DNA from: Phoronis australis
Lineage: Eukaryota; Animalia; Phoronida
NCBI GenBank assembly: GCA_002633005.1
Contig: NMRA01000606.1
Location: forward strand, 172,534 to 204,701
DNA length: 32,168 nt
Direction of reading: 5' to 3'
Each line of letters opens with the position of its first letter. Position 1 is the stretch's first letter. The notes under the pieces are model-generated. The model was not told where the DNA came from, searched no databases, and saw nothing but the letters and a program-made list of their open reading frames with translations. The translations under genes were made by a program, and so were the position numbers. Shown piece by piece: positions 1 through 11,516 of the stretch.

Positions 1-889
1 AGCGCTTGCACCTGAACAAAAATCAATGACTGAGAGACTCAGGAACAAACCTCATACTCACTAGGTTCACAGAAGACTGGTAGCCTACACTAAAGTACAC
101 TACACTACAGAATTCCTGTCGTACTGTGATTGTGATAGAGACAAAAGCGTTTTGGTGTCAACTGAAAAAACTCGGACTCAAATGTTGATCCACGGATATT
201 TTAACAGGGCCGCACCTCCGCATCATTGACACACTAAGAATTAAGTTTTCAATGACACACTACTTAACTTAATTGGTCCAACTGGCACATTAAAATTATG
301 TTCGGATTTTTCACCTTATCACCGAGACCCACAGATTCGCTAACTTGACTCATGACAGACTTAGTGGCCCTGTGGCTGTGATTGTGCCATGGCTGTGTCA
401 CCAGTCATATTACTCATGGCCATGGGCCTGTTTTCCTAAAATTGTCCCTGCGATCGTACGGGTGACATTTTGATTTGGAATTGATGGACTGCAAGTATCC
501 AAAAAGCTGACGATCACATCGTACGTTCATCATAGTCCTTCCGCCAGCAGCCCGGCTGTACAGTAGGCCTAGCCTACACTGCAAACAACAGACAGTGGCA
601 ACGGGACTGTGATCGACTTGTCTAACAAACGTGAACAGAACACACAAAATGAAAGCCAATGTATCATGTTATTGAATAACAGATAATCCTTACCTTTCTG
701 GATCCTTAGGAAACCTAAAAAAATGACACGTCTGGGGTTTTCGTGGATGAATTCGTGAAATTTATCGCACTGCAAAATGCGTCCTTCCCCATTGTTTTGG
801 CGCTTGCTGGTTGACAGTTGCTTGTTCACCACTTGGCGGCGCTAGCAGTAGCGGTAACAGCGAACTCTCCTATACTACTACATTCCTTG
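1..889 (-). mobile_element. Same P-like element, copy 1 (5' end; the rest lies outside the window)
   Basis: 1-889 aligns to 15502-16401 with only about ten substitutions and two small indels. Identity stops exactly at the terminal CCTTG. THAP exon 1 at 792-694 has a 1-nt frameshift in an A-run. Confidence 0.9.
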
Positions 890-1929
890 CTAATAGCAAA
901 TTACCTTTGACATATTGATATTTGACATTTACATGACGGCAATGTGCTGACACTGGTAACTAGACTACATGAGATTGAAAAGGCCACCCCGGTTTCTTTC
1001 CATATCTCGAATAACCACGATTCGCCAGGTATACATGCATTTGTTAAAAAACACGAACAAAAATGTGGTCAGAATACACGTGTATTGTCGAACTAAAAAG
1101 TTTTGCCAGAGGATTTATAGACCACTGACACAAAACATCGAGCCTACCTAAGACTCATGAAGAAAACGCTCAAGAGTGTATTGAGGTTGACCACCAATAA
1201 CTGCCGATGTAAATTCGCAAGTGGCGCGTTTAGGCATTACCTGCGACTCGAGATGGTAACGTAATCTCTTCACCGAAGCCAACGGAATATTATCAGACAG
1301 ATTTTTTAGATTAAATTGCACAGTTCGATTTTTGTTGGTTAGCTAGTTAAACAGGGCGAACTGCAGCTGTAACAGACCACTGATTTTTAAAAATCAAAGA
1401 CCCAAATAAGTTAGTTTCTCTGGCTGAAAAAACACGGTGCAAGTTATTTTCTGGCGATTTTATACTTAAATTAAGCTTTTATTAGTTAGGCCGTGGTTAT
1501 TTACCACTGTTTATGACCAGGCTGTCATCAGCCCTGATCACATGAGGGATTGGAGCTTAAGGCCAGTAAGGAGTTCTGGCATACTGCTTTCCTGTCGCGC
1601 TGGGGTAAAATTTCTATAGGGATGTGTGCAAGGTGCAACTGAAGAATTTAAATTCATTAATGACAGGTTTAAAGGGATAATTCGCCACTGCTTTGTTGTC
1701 AAGGTTGAATTCTTAATGGAAGCACTTTGATAATTAATATTACCATGCTCATCCAATCTTGAATTATTGCCGAATGAAGTAGCAACTCAAGACACAGGCA
1801 ATGCACATATCAAAGTCCCAATTTTAGGGTTGGCTAACCCCAATAAACTCTGAAGCGCCTTCGAGTCATTCATAATTTGGATGTTCTGATGGAAGTAGAA
1901 ACCTGTCACCCTAAGGAATATTAACAAAC

Positions 1930-2010
1930 CGACTCCAAACCCACACACTTCTGCACCATAAGTTAAGGTCGGATATACCATTTTATCAAAGTAAAATGCC
2001 CAATTCGATT
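1930..2010 (-). mobile_element. Short non-LTR retrotransposon RT C-terminal relic
   Basis: Translation FDKMVYPTLTYGAEVCG resembles the LFD..V.P.L.YG.EVWG motif of LINE ORF2. Confidence 0.4.
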
Positions 2011-2526
2011 TCCGTTTCTAGTCAGTTAAACAGGGCAAAATTCTGTTTTAAATGAGATTGAAACACAACAAAATAAGCTTTCACCTTTATACAATAGGCA
2101 AAATGAACCTACAGACTCATATACAGGACAGACAACTGATTTGTAACAAGGACAAAACTGGTAGTAGTCCGCACACCAATGCTACAGAGTTGTAACGTAA
2201 TCTGTTGCAGAAGGAAGAATTCATCATTGCTTCCATTACAAATCAGTCTTGGACACCTTAGAACGCAAGTGTCCTAAACCTACATAATCAGACATCATTT
2301 TACACTGAAACTGTTTGCTTGGGGCAATAGGGCCATCCTAGACTACACAGCAACAGTTGAGTCTCACTATAATTACCCACAATGCTGGAACATCGGTCAA
2401 GCACTTTTGTAGCCAGGCATTTTCGCGCCACTGGAGTACTTGGTGTTCATTGTTAGTGTGGTCTATTCCTTACAAGTTTTTCTCGCTGCATCACTCTATT
2501 CGTTCTACCATTGCCAACAAAGAAAT

Positions 2527-2664
2527 TACTGCTGTGCTGTGGGCTGCAACTTCAACCAGAGAAAGTTGGATAAATGTGAGAAATATCCGAGGATGCATGA
2601 TGTTAAGTTCGTCACCTTCCCCCGACATCAATCAAAAGCAAGAAAATGCAGAGCTGATAAATGA
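2527..2664 (+). pseudogene. THAP-like N-terminal fragment from another DNA transposon
   Basis: YCCAVGCNFNQRK...VKFVTFP matches the THAP start pattern C-x4-C...F-x2-FP. The rest of the domain was not found. Confidence 0.5.
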
Positions 2665-3083
2665 AATTCGTCCCTCGGGTGAACTACGAGCCAAACAGAA
2701 TCCCTTTTCTTGAAAATACCTTTCAATCATAGCGCTTTTAAATAGCTAGACTATTTCCACAGCTATAACCTCCGATTTGACGGTTTCCCACGACTTGTGA
2801 AAATGTGCCTGATATTCTAAAATGACTAGGTCACTGAAAACAACCTGCTTCCTTACTTCCTGGACAAGGGAGAGTTCTATGCTGAACATTCTGAGACAGA
2901 CCTATAAGCACACTTTTATTTTGGCTTAAACACGTATTTTTCTAATTGACAGTGCATTTGTAATGCGAGAAAGTTTCCCACAAGACTTCCCAGTCTGGCT
3001 TGCAAAGTAAGCACACCGGTTTCTGCATTATTGTTTTTACCATACTAGATCTATGAGTTTTCTTTTTGGTGGGCTTGTAAGAT

Positions 3084-3255
3084 TGCCACAGCAACCAAAC
3101 ACATAACAATAACTTGCCACAATGACCAATCACATAATAACTCGCCAAACCAACCAATCACATAACAATAACTTGCCACAAAGACCAATCACATAACAAT
3201 AACATGCCACACCAACCAATCACATAACAATAACTGCAGCAGCAATGAATCACAT
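3084..3255. repeat. Minisatellite, about 5 copies of a 28-31 bp unit
   Basis: Unit ACCAATCACATAACAATAACTTGCCAC followed by a variable tail. Confidence 0.9.
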
Positions 3256-4433
3256 TTTTATTAGTGTTACGTAGAACCCTACAAGACATTTGGCTAACTT
3301 CGAACATCACATCTCAGAAATGGCCGATTGCAATCAAATGAAACTTTCACATACTAAGCTGTTTGCACTGTTTTCCAAAAAGCTGTTAGGAATTGCCTTT
3401 GCAATGATTCACTTTTGCAAGAGAGGCTATCAAAAATAGGTCTTTTGTGATATGCATGAAAAAAGTAGCATAAAACGAAAATGACATAACTTGGGAAACT
3501 GAAACAGCACTCCACGTACTGTAGTGGGTCCCCTTTTCAACTTCACACTCTACACTATGCCTTCAGTCCACGATTTCTATCAGGCTTTGGTAGCTTGTTC
3601 TGTTGCATGCTGATATTTCAAAGAGATTCAGTGACCAGTTTTTTTGAAATAAATAAACGTTAGCTTCATACATTGTATGTCGGATTCTTCAATGCCGCAC
3701 AATTTTACACTTCTAAAAAGAACAAATGCACTAGGGTTAACTCTGAATTATTCCAAACCCTGGTTCAAATGACTTTATTTGTAACATCAAACAAGTGGTC
3801 TCGGAAAACTTTTCTTCATGGAGCCCATTGAATGATACGGGGTACTATGACCGACACTATACCAGCACACTGTCCATTTTTGAGATTTGTCTGCTTAACT
3901 ATCGGTAGCAGATTCATCACATTGTTCTCTCTCGTTATCCCAGAGTTGCCGTGCATGCTTTCTCCGGATGTGAAAGGGGAGTTGACGCCGGCAAACTAAC
4001 TTAGATGACTTACATTCACTGATATATGACTCCAACGATGTAAATGGATTATTTGTAATGTTGAAGTAATCAAAACTATTAATATTTGCTGGCCTGCGCT
4101 CTGTTCTTTGGAGAACTAGACGTCTAATCTAAGTGTTTTTACTTGTTTTTTTCTTTCGACAGGTATGTTTCCAGTCCCTTGATGAAGTAGTAGTTTCCCC
4201 TGCTCCACCATGAGAGCTTCTTGTTTTGTCTGGTCTTATTGGTTTTGAATAGGCGTATACCTCTTCCCGAGTCTTCTGAGAACTGTCAGTTATGTCAGTC
4301 AATGGAATTAGAACATTTTTCATGTCAAACAAGGTTTTACCAGTTTGCTGGCCCACCTCCAGCGCTTTATCCTATATCAGTTGTATTGTGTGTAGCTGAC
4401 CCGAACATACAGTTGTCGCTCCCTTATTCTTAA

Positions 4434-5741
4434 AGGCGAAGGCAACCTTTTTCCATGTCATTTTGAGCTAAAATAAGGTTGGTTGGTTATCCTAGACATG
4501 TTTTCCACTTAATTACAGCTTTTCGTAATTTTATTAATTACTCGTCCGCTACTCCGGAAGTGACGTTTTAGGAGGCAAGCATTTCGCGCCAATTTCTTTT
4601 CATATAGTTTGACTGTGAGAGCTGNNNNNNNNNNNNNNNNNNNNNNNNNNNNNNNNNNNNNNNNNNNNNNNNNNNNNNNNNNNNNNNNNNNNNNNNNNNN
4701 NNNNNNNNNNNNNNNNNNNNNNNNNNNNNNNNNNNNNNNNNNNNNNNNNNNNNNNNNNNNNNNNNNNNNNNNNNNNNNNNNNNNNNNNNNNNNNNNNNNN
4801 NNNNNNNNNNNNNNNNNNNNNNNNNNNNNNNNNNNNNNNNNNNNNNNNNNNNNNNNNNNNNNNNNNNNNNNNNNNNNNNNNNNNNNNNNNNNNNNNNNNN
4901 NNNNNNNNNNNNNNNNNNNNNNNNNNNNNNNNNNNNNNNNNNNNNNNNNNNNNNNNNNNNNNNNNNNNNNNNNNNNNNNNNNNNNNNNNNNNNNNNNNNN
5001 NNNNNNNNNNNNNNNNNNNNNNNNNNNNNNNNNNNNNNNNNNNNNNNNNNNNNNNNNNNNNNNNNNNNNNNNNNNNNNNNNNNNNNNNNNNNNNNNNNNN
5101 NNNNNNNNNNNNNNNNNNNNNNNNNNNNNNNNNNNNNNNNNNNNNNNNNNNNNNNNNNNNNNNNNNNNNNNNNNNNNNNNNNNNNNNNNNNNNNNNNNNN
5201 NNNNNNNNNNNNNNNNNNNNNNNNNNNNNNNNNNNNNNNNNNNNNNNNNNNNNNNNNNNNNNNNNNNNNNNNNNNNNNNNNNNNNNNNNNNNNNNNNNNN
5301 NNNNNNNNNNNNNNNNNTGAAAAAATTCCTCGTCACCACTGCTGTGAACAAGGTCTCCGTCACTCACACTACTGTCACTGTGATACGGGTCACCGACTCC
5401 AGCCATTTTCAGCTTACAACACACTAAACAATCCCTAAATCCAACGTAGTTGAGTTCTCTACTAACCTATCTTGCCGCAGAATACTCGCCGATGGAAAGT
5501 GATGGCGACAATTGTTGAAAAACAGCACAAAACAAAAGTAGAATAGAACAGATATCGCACGGTAAAGTCAACGCAAAACCAAGTGGCGGGAAAAGCTTGC
5601 CTCCTAAAACGTCACTTCCGGAGTAGCGGACGAGTAATTTATAAAATTACGAAAAGCTGTAATTAAGTGGAAAATACGTCTAGGATAACCAACCAACCTT
5701 ATTTTAGCTCAAAATGACATGGAAAATGGTTGCCTTCGCCT
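4434..5741. mobile_element. Kolobok-type DNA transposon with long TIRs; interior in assembly gap
   Basis: 147-bp TIRs at 4434-4580 and 5595-5741 with few mismatches. Termini AGG...CCT. TTAA on both sides (4430-4433, 5742-5745). An acidic ORF start, MAGVGDPYHSDSSVSDGD, runs into the gap on the minus strand. Confidence 0.85.
4625..5317. other. Assembly gap (693 N)
   Basis: Run of N. Confidence 1.
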
Positions 5742-7831
5742 TTAAGAGGGCAATCACTAAGGTCAGTGGTTGAAAAAAATGAAGAGACCATGTCACAATG
5801 CTTGCTCTGTAGTGTCTGATCCACAACTATGGACAACAAAAGGTGAGGAAGAACAAACACTTTGAAGGATTATATACAACACCAAAAATACCACCGTCTT
5901 GGCGAATTGGGTTGGGTCTTATAAGATCGCTTTTACTAGACATTGCACCAGCATAAGTTGGGTACAATAAAGCGTTGTTTTTCAAGTCATCTTTAGAATT
6001 TCCTGCTGATATCCAGGAAATGATCAAATGCAGGGCCCATTAGGAAGCCACCGGACAACTCATATCTGAGACCCTTAACTGCAACGCACTCAGGAATTGT
6101 AACATTAGGAAAAGGTTCGTTTATACAATACTGTGCAATGAGACCAATGCCAATCATTAAAAATTAGGGGATTATGAAGAGTTGCAGAAGCAACTCCGTT
6201 GGAACCACATGCATAACGCCGCAAACTAAGTTACAAGACTGATTCCGTGTAGAAAAACAGAAAGGGGGCTTTGACTGCAAAATCACTTCTGATCATTGCT
6301 CCAAATAGTTGACAAGAGAATTAATGTGACAGCTACACGTACAAGACAACTAGTAAAAAACATATGCAGAACAATTTTCTTCTTTGTTCAGAAACAACAA
6401 AGTAAAATTTTACTTTCCCTCCATATTGTGCCCTAAATTGGAGGAACTTTCACTGTAACTACTTTAAACCTGTGTCGTAAGGGAGAGAATTTATAGTCTA
6501 CTAGACTTAGTGATAGCCTCGTTCCACCCTCCAGCGCTCAGTAGGCTTCGTGCAAGCAGAAAATACAACCACGCCCCTGACTTTAACTTCTCGTTGACGC
6601 TGGAAAGCTACGTGAGTAGATAAGCTGGACAGATGTCGCTCTTGTCAGTGCTGGGAATCCTCTCCGAACCAGCACCAGAGCAGTGTACGCGTAAATTTCG
6701 TTGCATGCGTCGAAGGAAAAAACGCTGTCGTGAAGTTGAAATATTTTCCTAGTATAACTTGCGTCGAACTTATCTCCACGATAAACCTCGATGATAACCT
6801 CGTCGGTGAATTTAAACTGCATGCGCGTACGTCAGACAAAATAACTGCAGGAATGTCTCAGTCAACGATGTCAAACATGTAGCATTTACCCTCAAACAAC
6901 GGGAATACCCGAAATCAAATGCCTTTTCAAAACAGTTTCCCAGTATTTACGGAAAGCTGATAATCTTGTTGTTTGACAGTACATTTCTTGGACACGTACG
7001 TTTTTCACTAAGTCACAGACTACAGTATGAAAATAAGTGTACAGGCTACTTCTGCAAATCAATCCAAGATCGGGTGATCTTAAAAGCTCCAAAGCGCTTT
7101 GGTTAAGAATTCACCAAAATAACGACGAATTGTTCCTTTAAACTGAATTTAATATTAGAGCCCAAACTAAGTTATGAATAGAAATCGCAAACGACATTCT
7201 ACAAAACATCGCTATTTGATTGACACATAAAATCACTAATACACACACACATACTTATATGTCGATTTAACAAGCTTTTGTTCACAATAGTCGATTTGTA
7301 TATAATAACCTGTGCATGCAACATTGACGTTTTCATCACCACGTAGCCTAAGTAAAAGTTGTGCACTCGACAATCCAGGCAAACCCCTCGATGATTCCCT
7401 ACGTGCCTAGCCAGCACGCTGGCTACCACCTAGCGGCACGCAGGGAACCAGCGAGGGCAAACCCCTGCAGGGACAGTGGCACGATATAGGTGTAAATTGC
7501 ATGCAAACGATTACATCGACACATTTTAAAATGCGAGTTTTCACTTTACTCTACATGTATATCGCGCCATATTTATCCCCTGCATAAATGAGCGCGGGTC
7601 TCGCGCTGTTATCGGAATTATAAAACTGAAGGTGTGCAAGTCAACTGAATTTTTAAACAATGTTACTTTACTAAAGACTAGTTATTACTCTTTCGGTGAA
7701 TGAAAACTCTACAAACAATCGCTCGCTGTTACGCTGTGAATATTTAATCCGTTCACAGTTATCGACCACTTCTTAGATACGTTGTCATATACAACAGTAA
7801 AGGTCGTGAAATACAATAGGCATATTGTAGT

Positions 7832-9352
7832 TTATATTGACGTGACGTGTACGTTGAAGGCTCCAGGGGCATTGATAAAATGTCCATTTCTTTCAAGAGT
7901 TGGGTTAGACTCTCCGGTAGCGCAAGAGAACGCGAAGCGTTGTACTATTGTAGTTAGAAAAAGAAATAGTTCCATACGAGCCAAAGATTCACCCAGACAA
8001 ACGCGTTTACCGATGCCAAACGGAATAGTCAAGTCTGCTAGCGATTTCTTGAAGCTCCCATCAGTGTCCAGAAATCTTTCCGGGCGGAAGACTTTTGGGT
8101 TAGGAAAATTGCTTTCATTCATATTGACGCCATACAGATGCGATATCACGTTAGTGTCCTTGGGAATACGATATCCCTCGAACGCAACATCAACCGTCGC
8201 CCTGTGGAACTCGGCGAAAGGCACCAAGTTCACGATGCGCTGCAGCTCAGCTAGAAACGCTTGGGTGTAGGGCATCTGTGGTTTGTCAGCAAGGGTTGGG
8301 TCCCGCTCAGATCCGACCACTTGATGAATTTCACAGCGTAACTTTTCTTGTATATCGGGAAAATTCACAAGATGTGCTACGGCCCAGCGAAGTGTACTTG
8401 CGGTAGTTTCCGTGCCGGCAATGAATAAATCCCAAGCAGTTTTTCGGATGTGAATATCCTCGAAAACAGTACTGTCCAGAATTTTAGAGGATTCTCCCAT
8501 ATTCTGTTTCGCATCAAGGTATATTGCAATGATATCGCCTAATCCGGATTTCTTTTCTTCCTGGTGCTTCTCAATATGCTTAGAAATGATATCGTCAGTT
8601 TTACGCAATGCACCTAGAAACTTCGTGACAGAACTGCGCACACCAGGAATGTACTGGGCACCAGGAACAAGACTACTTAAAAACGGATTGTTAGTTATAG
8701 TATCAAATGAATGTAAATATTCCAAAAATTCCGCGTCATCGTATTCATATCTTTTTCCAAAAACCAGGCCGCATATAATATTAGAAACAGAATTGGCAAC
8801 AACAGCATGCGGGTTAAAATTCTGCCCAGTTTTTCTCTCCAATTCACCAACTAGTTCTCTCACCTCCAACATAATCTGAGCCTCAAACTTCTTCTTTCCG
8901 AATCCCATGTCGCCAAGGTGGCGCAGACAAAACTTTCTGTTCGTTTTCCAAATGTCTCCCTCTGCGTCGACGATTCCAGCATTGCTCGGGTAAACATCGC
9001 CAAAATCGGCAGACAGATCCGGTCTTCCAGAAAACTCGTCGCGCGAAAATGCTTTTTTGTTCAGCTCGAATGAGTTGATAACCACCATCCTATAGATAAA
9101 TATCTCTATCGTGAAGATGTCGCCATATGTTTGGGCTAATTTCTGCAAAACCTCTTCAGGCCTGTCCCGCAAAAACAGCAACACGTTTCCAAGGACAGGT
9201 AATGGTCTAGGGCCAGGTGGAAAACCTCGTCGTTGTCTAATTTGCAGAATCTCCCATAGTACGACGCAAGTTACGGCAACAACAAATGTAGTCCAGCCAA
9301 GATTGTTGAGAACAAGTGAGAGGTTGATAATAGCCATTTTCAAACCTGTCAT
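7832..9352 (-). CDS. Cytochrome P450, CYP2 clan (CYP2J/2U-like), uninterrupted CDS, 506 aa
   Basis: Intact ORF with hydrophobic N-terminal anchor, FPPGPRPLPVLGN hinge, C-helix WKTNR, I-helix AGTETT, K-helix ELQR, FRPERF and heme motif PFGIGKRVCLGE. The true start may be the second Met (MAIINL, 9337). The subfamily cannot be assigned by eye. Confidence 0.96.
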   Translation of the reverse strand: MTGLKMAIINLSLVLNNLGWTTFVVAVTCVVLWEILQIRQRRGFPPGPRPLPVLGNVLLFLRDRPEEVLQKLAQTYGDIFTIEIFIYRMVVINSFELNKKAFSRDEFSGRPDLSADFGDVYPSNAGIVDAEGDIWKTNRKFCLRHLGDMGFGKKKFEAQIMLEVRELVGELERKTGQNFNPHAVVANSVSNIICGLVFGKRYEYDDAEFLEYLHSFDTITNNPFLSSLVPGAQYIPGVRSSVTKFLGALRKTDDIISKHIEKHQEEKKSGLGDIIAIYLDAKQNMGESSKILDSTVFEDIHIRKTAWDLFIAGTETTASTLRWAVAHLVNFPDIQEKLRCEIHQVVGSERDPTLADKPQMPYTQAFLAELQRIVNLVPFAEFHRATVDVAFEGYRIPKDTNVISHLYGVNMNESNFPNPKVFRPERFLDTDGSFKKSLADLTIPFGIGKRVCLGESLARMELFLFLTTIVQRFAFSCATGESNPTLERNGHFINAPGAFNVHVTSI

Positions 9353-9370
9353 AAACTAGGCCAAATCGTC

Positions 9371-9452
9371 TGACCTCAAATGGCCTACTTATGACGATTA
9401 TGTGGTGATATCTGAAGCCGGCTCGTTATTTATACCACGTATGACTTACCTG
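9371..9452 (-). promoter_or_regulatory. Candidate CYP core promoter / 5'UTR signals
   Basis: Minus-strand TATAAATA about 80 bp upstream of the ATG (~9427-9434). Also a CAG|GTAAGT donor-like site at ~9443-9451, so a short 5'UTR intron is an alternative. TGACCT-n4-TGGCCT at 9371-9386. Confidence 0.35.
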
Positions 9453-9915
9453 TGTACACAAAAGCACGCAGATCGAAACATCCGATGCTAAGGCTTTTGT
9501 CACGAGTGGACGCCATGTGGACGGGTCGACTAATGACATAAGGGTGTCTAAGGCACTATTTTCAATACAGATTATGCAGTGAAAACTACTACGAGTGCCG
9601 TTTCGACTACGAATGAACGTTTCTACATTGTTCCACCCGGTGGGTGTCCCAGTGATGTTAACATCCAACAAAGTCACAACCCTGACCTGACTGAGCTACA
9701 ATGCAACCATCAGTGCGTTGAATTCCCTGCCAAGACTCCGCGGATGGCTATTTCGCAATCCACCTGGTGACTGTACAGTCACGAGTGGCCTCGTTCATCG
9801 TCATTATCATGCAACTGTGACTATATGACGAACAAAAGGCTTTCTCGGCACACCAGGACGGCCATTGCGTCTTCCGAGTCGAAATACGTCGGGGAAAACC
9901 TGCCTCGCGGCAGAC

Positions 9916-10640
9916 TTATTTATTTATTTATTTATTATTGTGATATTTAAAATGAGGGTGGCCTCTTCAGTAAATAGCACTGCTTTCCAAGAGGGCCCTC
10001 AACAACAAAAAAAACAGCAATATAATACAATGAAGTAATAAAACAACAATGAAATATACGTAACAAAGATACAATTAAAACATGTTGAGAATTAAGACAA
10101 TAACTAAATGACAAATAATGGTAAAAATTTAACTAAGATAGATGAAATAAATTAAGAAATGATTCTAGACAATGAGAGTATTTACGAAAATGAAAAAATG
10201 ACATGATTAAGACAGGCAGGGTATAAAAGGTCAAGTAAATTACAGCCACTTTTTAATGTTTACTTTAAAGGTAGTAATTGAATTGGACCGTTTAATTTCT
10301 GGGCTAAAAGAATTCCATATTATAGCAGCTGCATAGATAAAAGATCTCTTGCCCGTCTCGGTTTAAATTTTTTAGAATAAACATTGCCAGCAACAGAAGA
10401 ACGTGTAGAATATACAGCCTGGCTGCTATTGAATTTACTGCTGAGATATGCTGGAGCCAAGCCATTGATACATCTGTACATACAACAGGCAGAGAGATAT
10501 TTATTTCTTTGTCTTATTTTCATAAATCCCAGCTTGGAATACAAGTCGTCAACCCTAGTGTCCCTAATTCTAGTACCCAGGATAGCCCTGGCGGCTCTAT
10601 TTTGGATTACTTGGACTTTGCTGACAAGTGTGTCACTAGT
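9916..10640 (-). mobile_element. 5'-truncated LINE, CR1/L2 group (ORF2 C-terminus, 3'UTR, (AATA)n tail)
   Basis: KVQVIQNRAARAIL...CCMYRCINGLAPAYLSSKF...YSTRS is the typical L2/Crack/Daphne ORF2 tail. GAGGG...CCCTC stem at ~9954-10000 and (TTAT)n at 9916-9936. Confidence 0.88.
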
Positions 10641-10766
10641 GTGCCTTGCGTTACACAAAGAGCAAATTTCCTGCGAGAAAACAAAATCACTTCGAGTCTT
10701 CGCTAGACACGACAGGCCATGGCTTATGAAACTACTAAGATATGTGGAGCATTTCTGTTTTTCTTT

Positions 10767-11070
10767 CATAGGCGGATTTAGGGGGGAGAGGCCCCCCCCC
10801 GCCCCCCTGGCTGCCGCAAGCAAAATGAAACAGCACACAGTGTGAAACGTGAGGAAATATTGAGTTCAGGAGCTAGGACCGGCAGCGGACGAAGGGGGGG
10901 ATGCGGACACACACGTTCTCATTTTTTTAGTCCACCGACATTTCTGAACAGAAGGTCTACATTCTCGGCTCACGCAACTCTCGGGCCGCCTGTGCACATA
11001 CAGTCGCGCTTTGCTCAATTCCCCGAGGATGTTGGGCCCACCCCCTTATGGTGTCTTAGATCCGCCACTG
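10767..11070. mobile_element. MITE with CAGTGGCGGAT/CATAGGCGGAT termini, copy A
   Basis: Imperfect TIRs. Homologous along its length to 14281-14562 in the opposite orientation. Flanks tcttt / tcctt. Confidence 0.8.
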
Positions 11071-11516
11071 TCCTTCACAAATGATTACATATACTGTTTG
11101 AAGTAAAAAGTGTTAAATGTACACATGTCCTTGAAATCTGACTAAATTTGAGCTCGCTAAATTTTGCTAGTCCGGCTGAAAATGACTCGGAATAGAATGC
11201 AAACACCGCTTCCATAACTAACATCCTAAGTCATAAAATACACAAAGTTTGTTATTTTTCGCAATCAAATACACAAAGTAATGGCACATTTCTCAATTCA
11301 CCATGTGCGCCACCTGATCGTGCAGTTTGGAACTAGGCCTACGATTCCAAAGATTAATGCCCTTCTTCGGTGAATTTATAACCAGAATTGTACAGATTCG
11401 TCTGTTAATTTGATGGCACTCATTTTACTAATCTTTCACAAATAGGTGTAATAGGAAAACACCTTTTTCAAAACACGTTGATGAGTTTCAGTAGTTATGG
11501 TCATTTCACTGAGTTA

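Noticed and set aside
414-659. 81-aa ORF repeated at 15915-16160
   Set aside because: Lies in the THAP intron of the duplicated transposon. Its conservation reflects recent copying.
3084-3255. CRISPR-like array
   Set aside because: Units are contiguous without unique spacers, there are no cas genes, and the context is eukaryotic.
4509-5427. Three long ORFs of 272-284 aa
   Set aside because: Artefacts of translating the N gap.
4129-6200. Possible coding relic on either side of the Kolobok-type insertion
   Set aside because: Frames are full of stops and I could not match a convincing motif.
7782-9359. Plus-strand ORFs overlapping the CYP
   Set aside because: Antisense shadows with no recognisable motifs.
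9463-9472. AHR xenobiotic response element
   Set aside because: Only the GCGTG core is present. It does not match TNGCGTG and is expected by chance.
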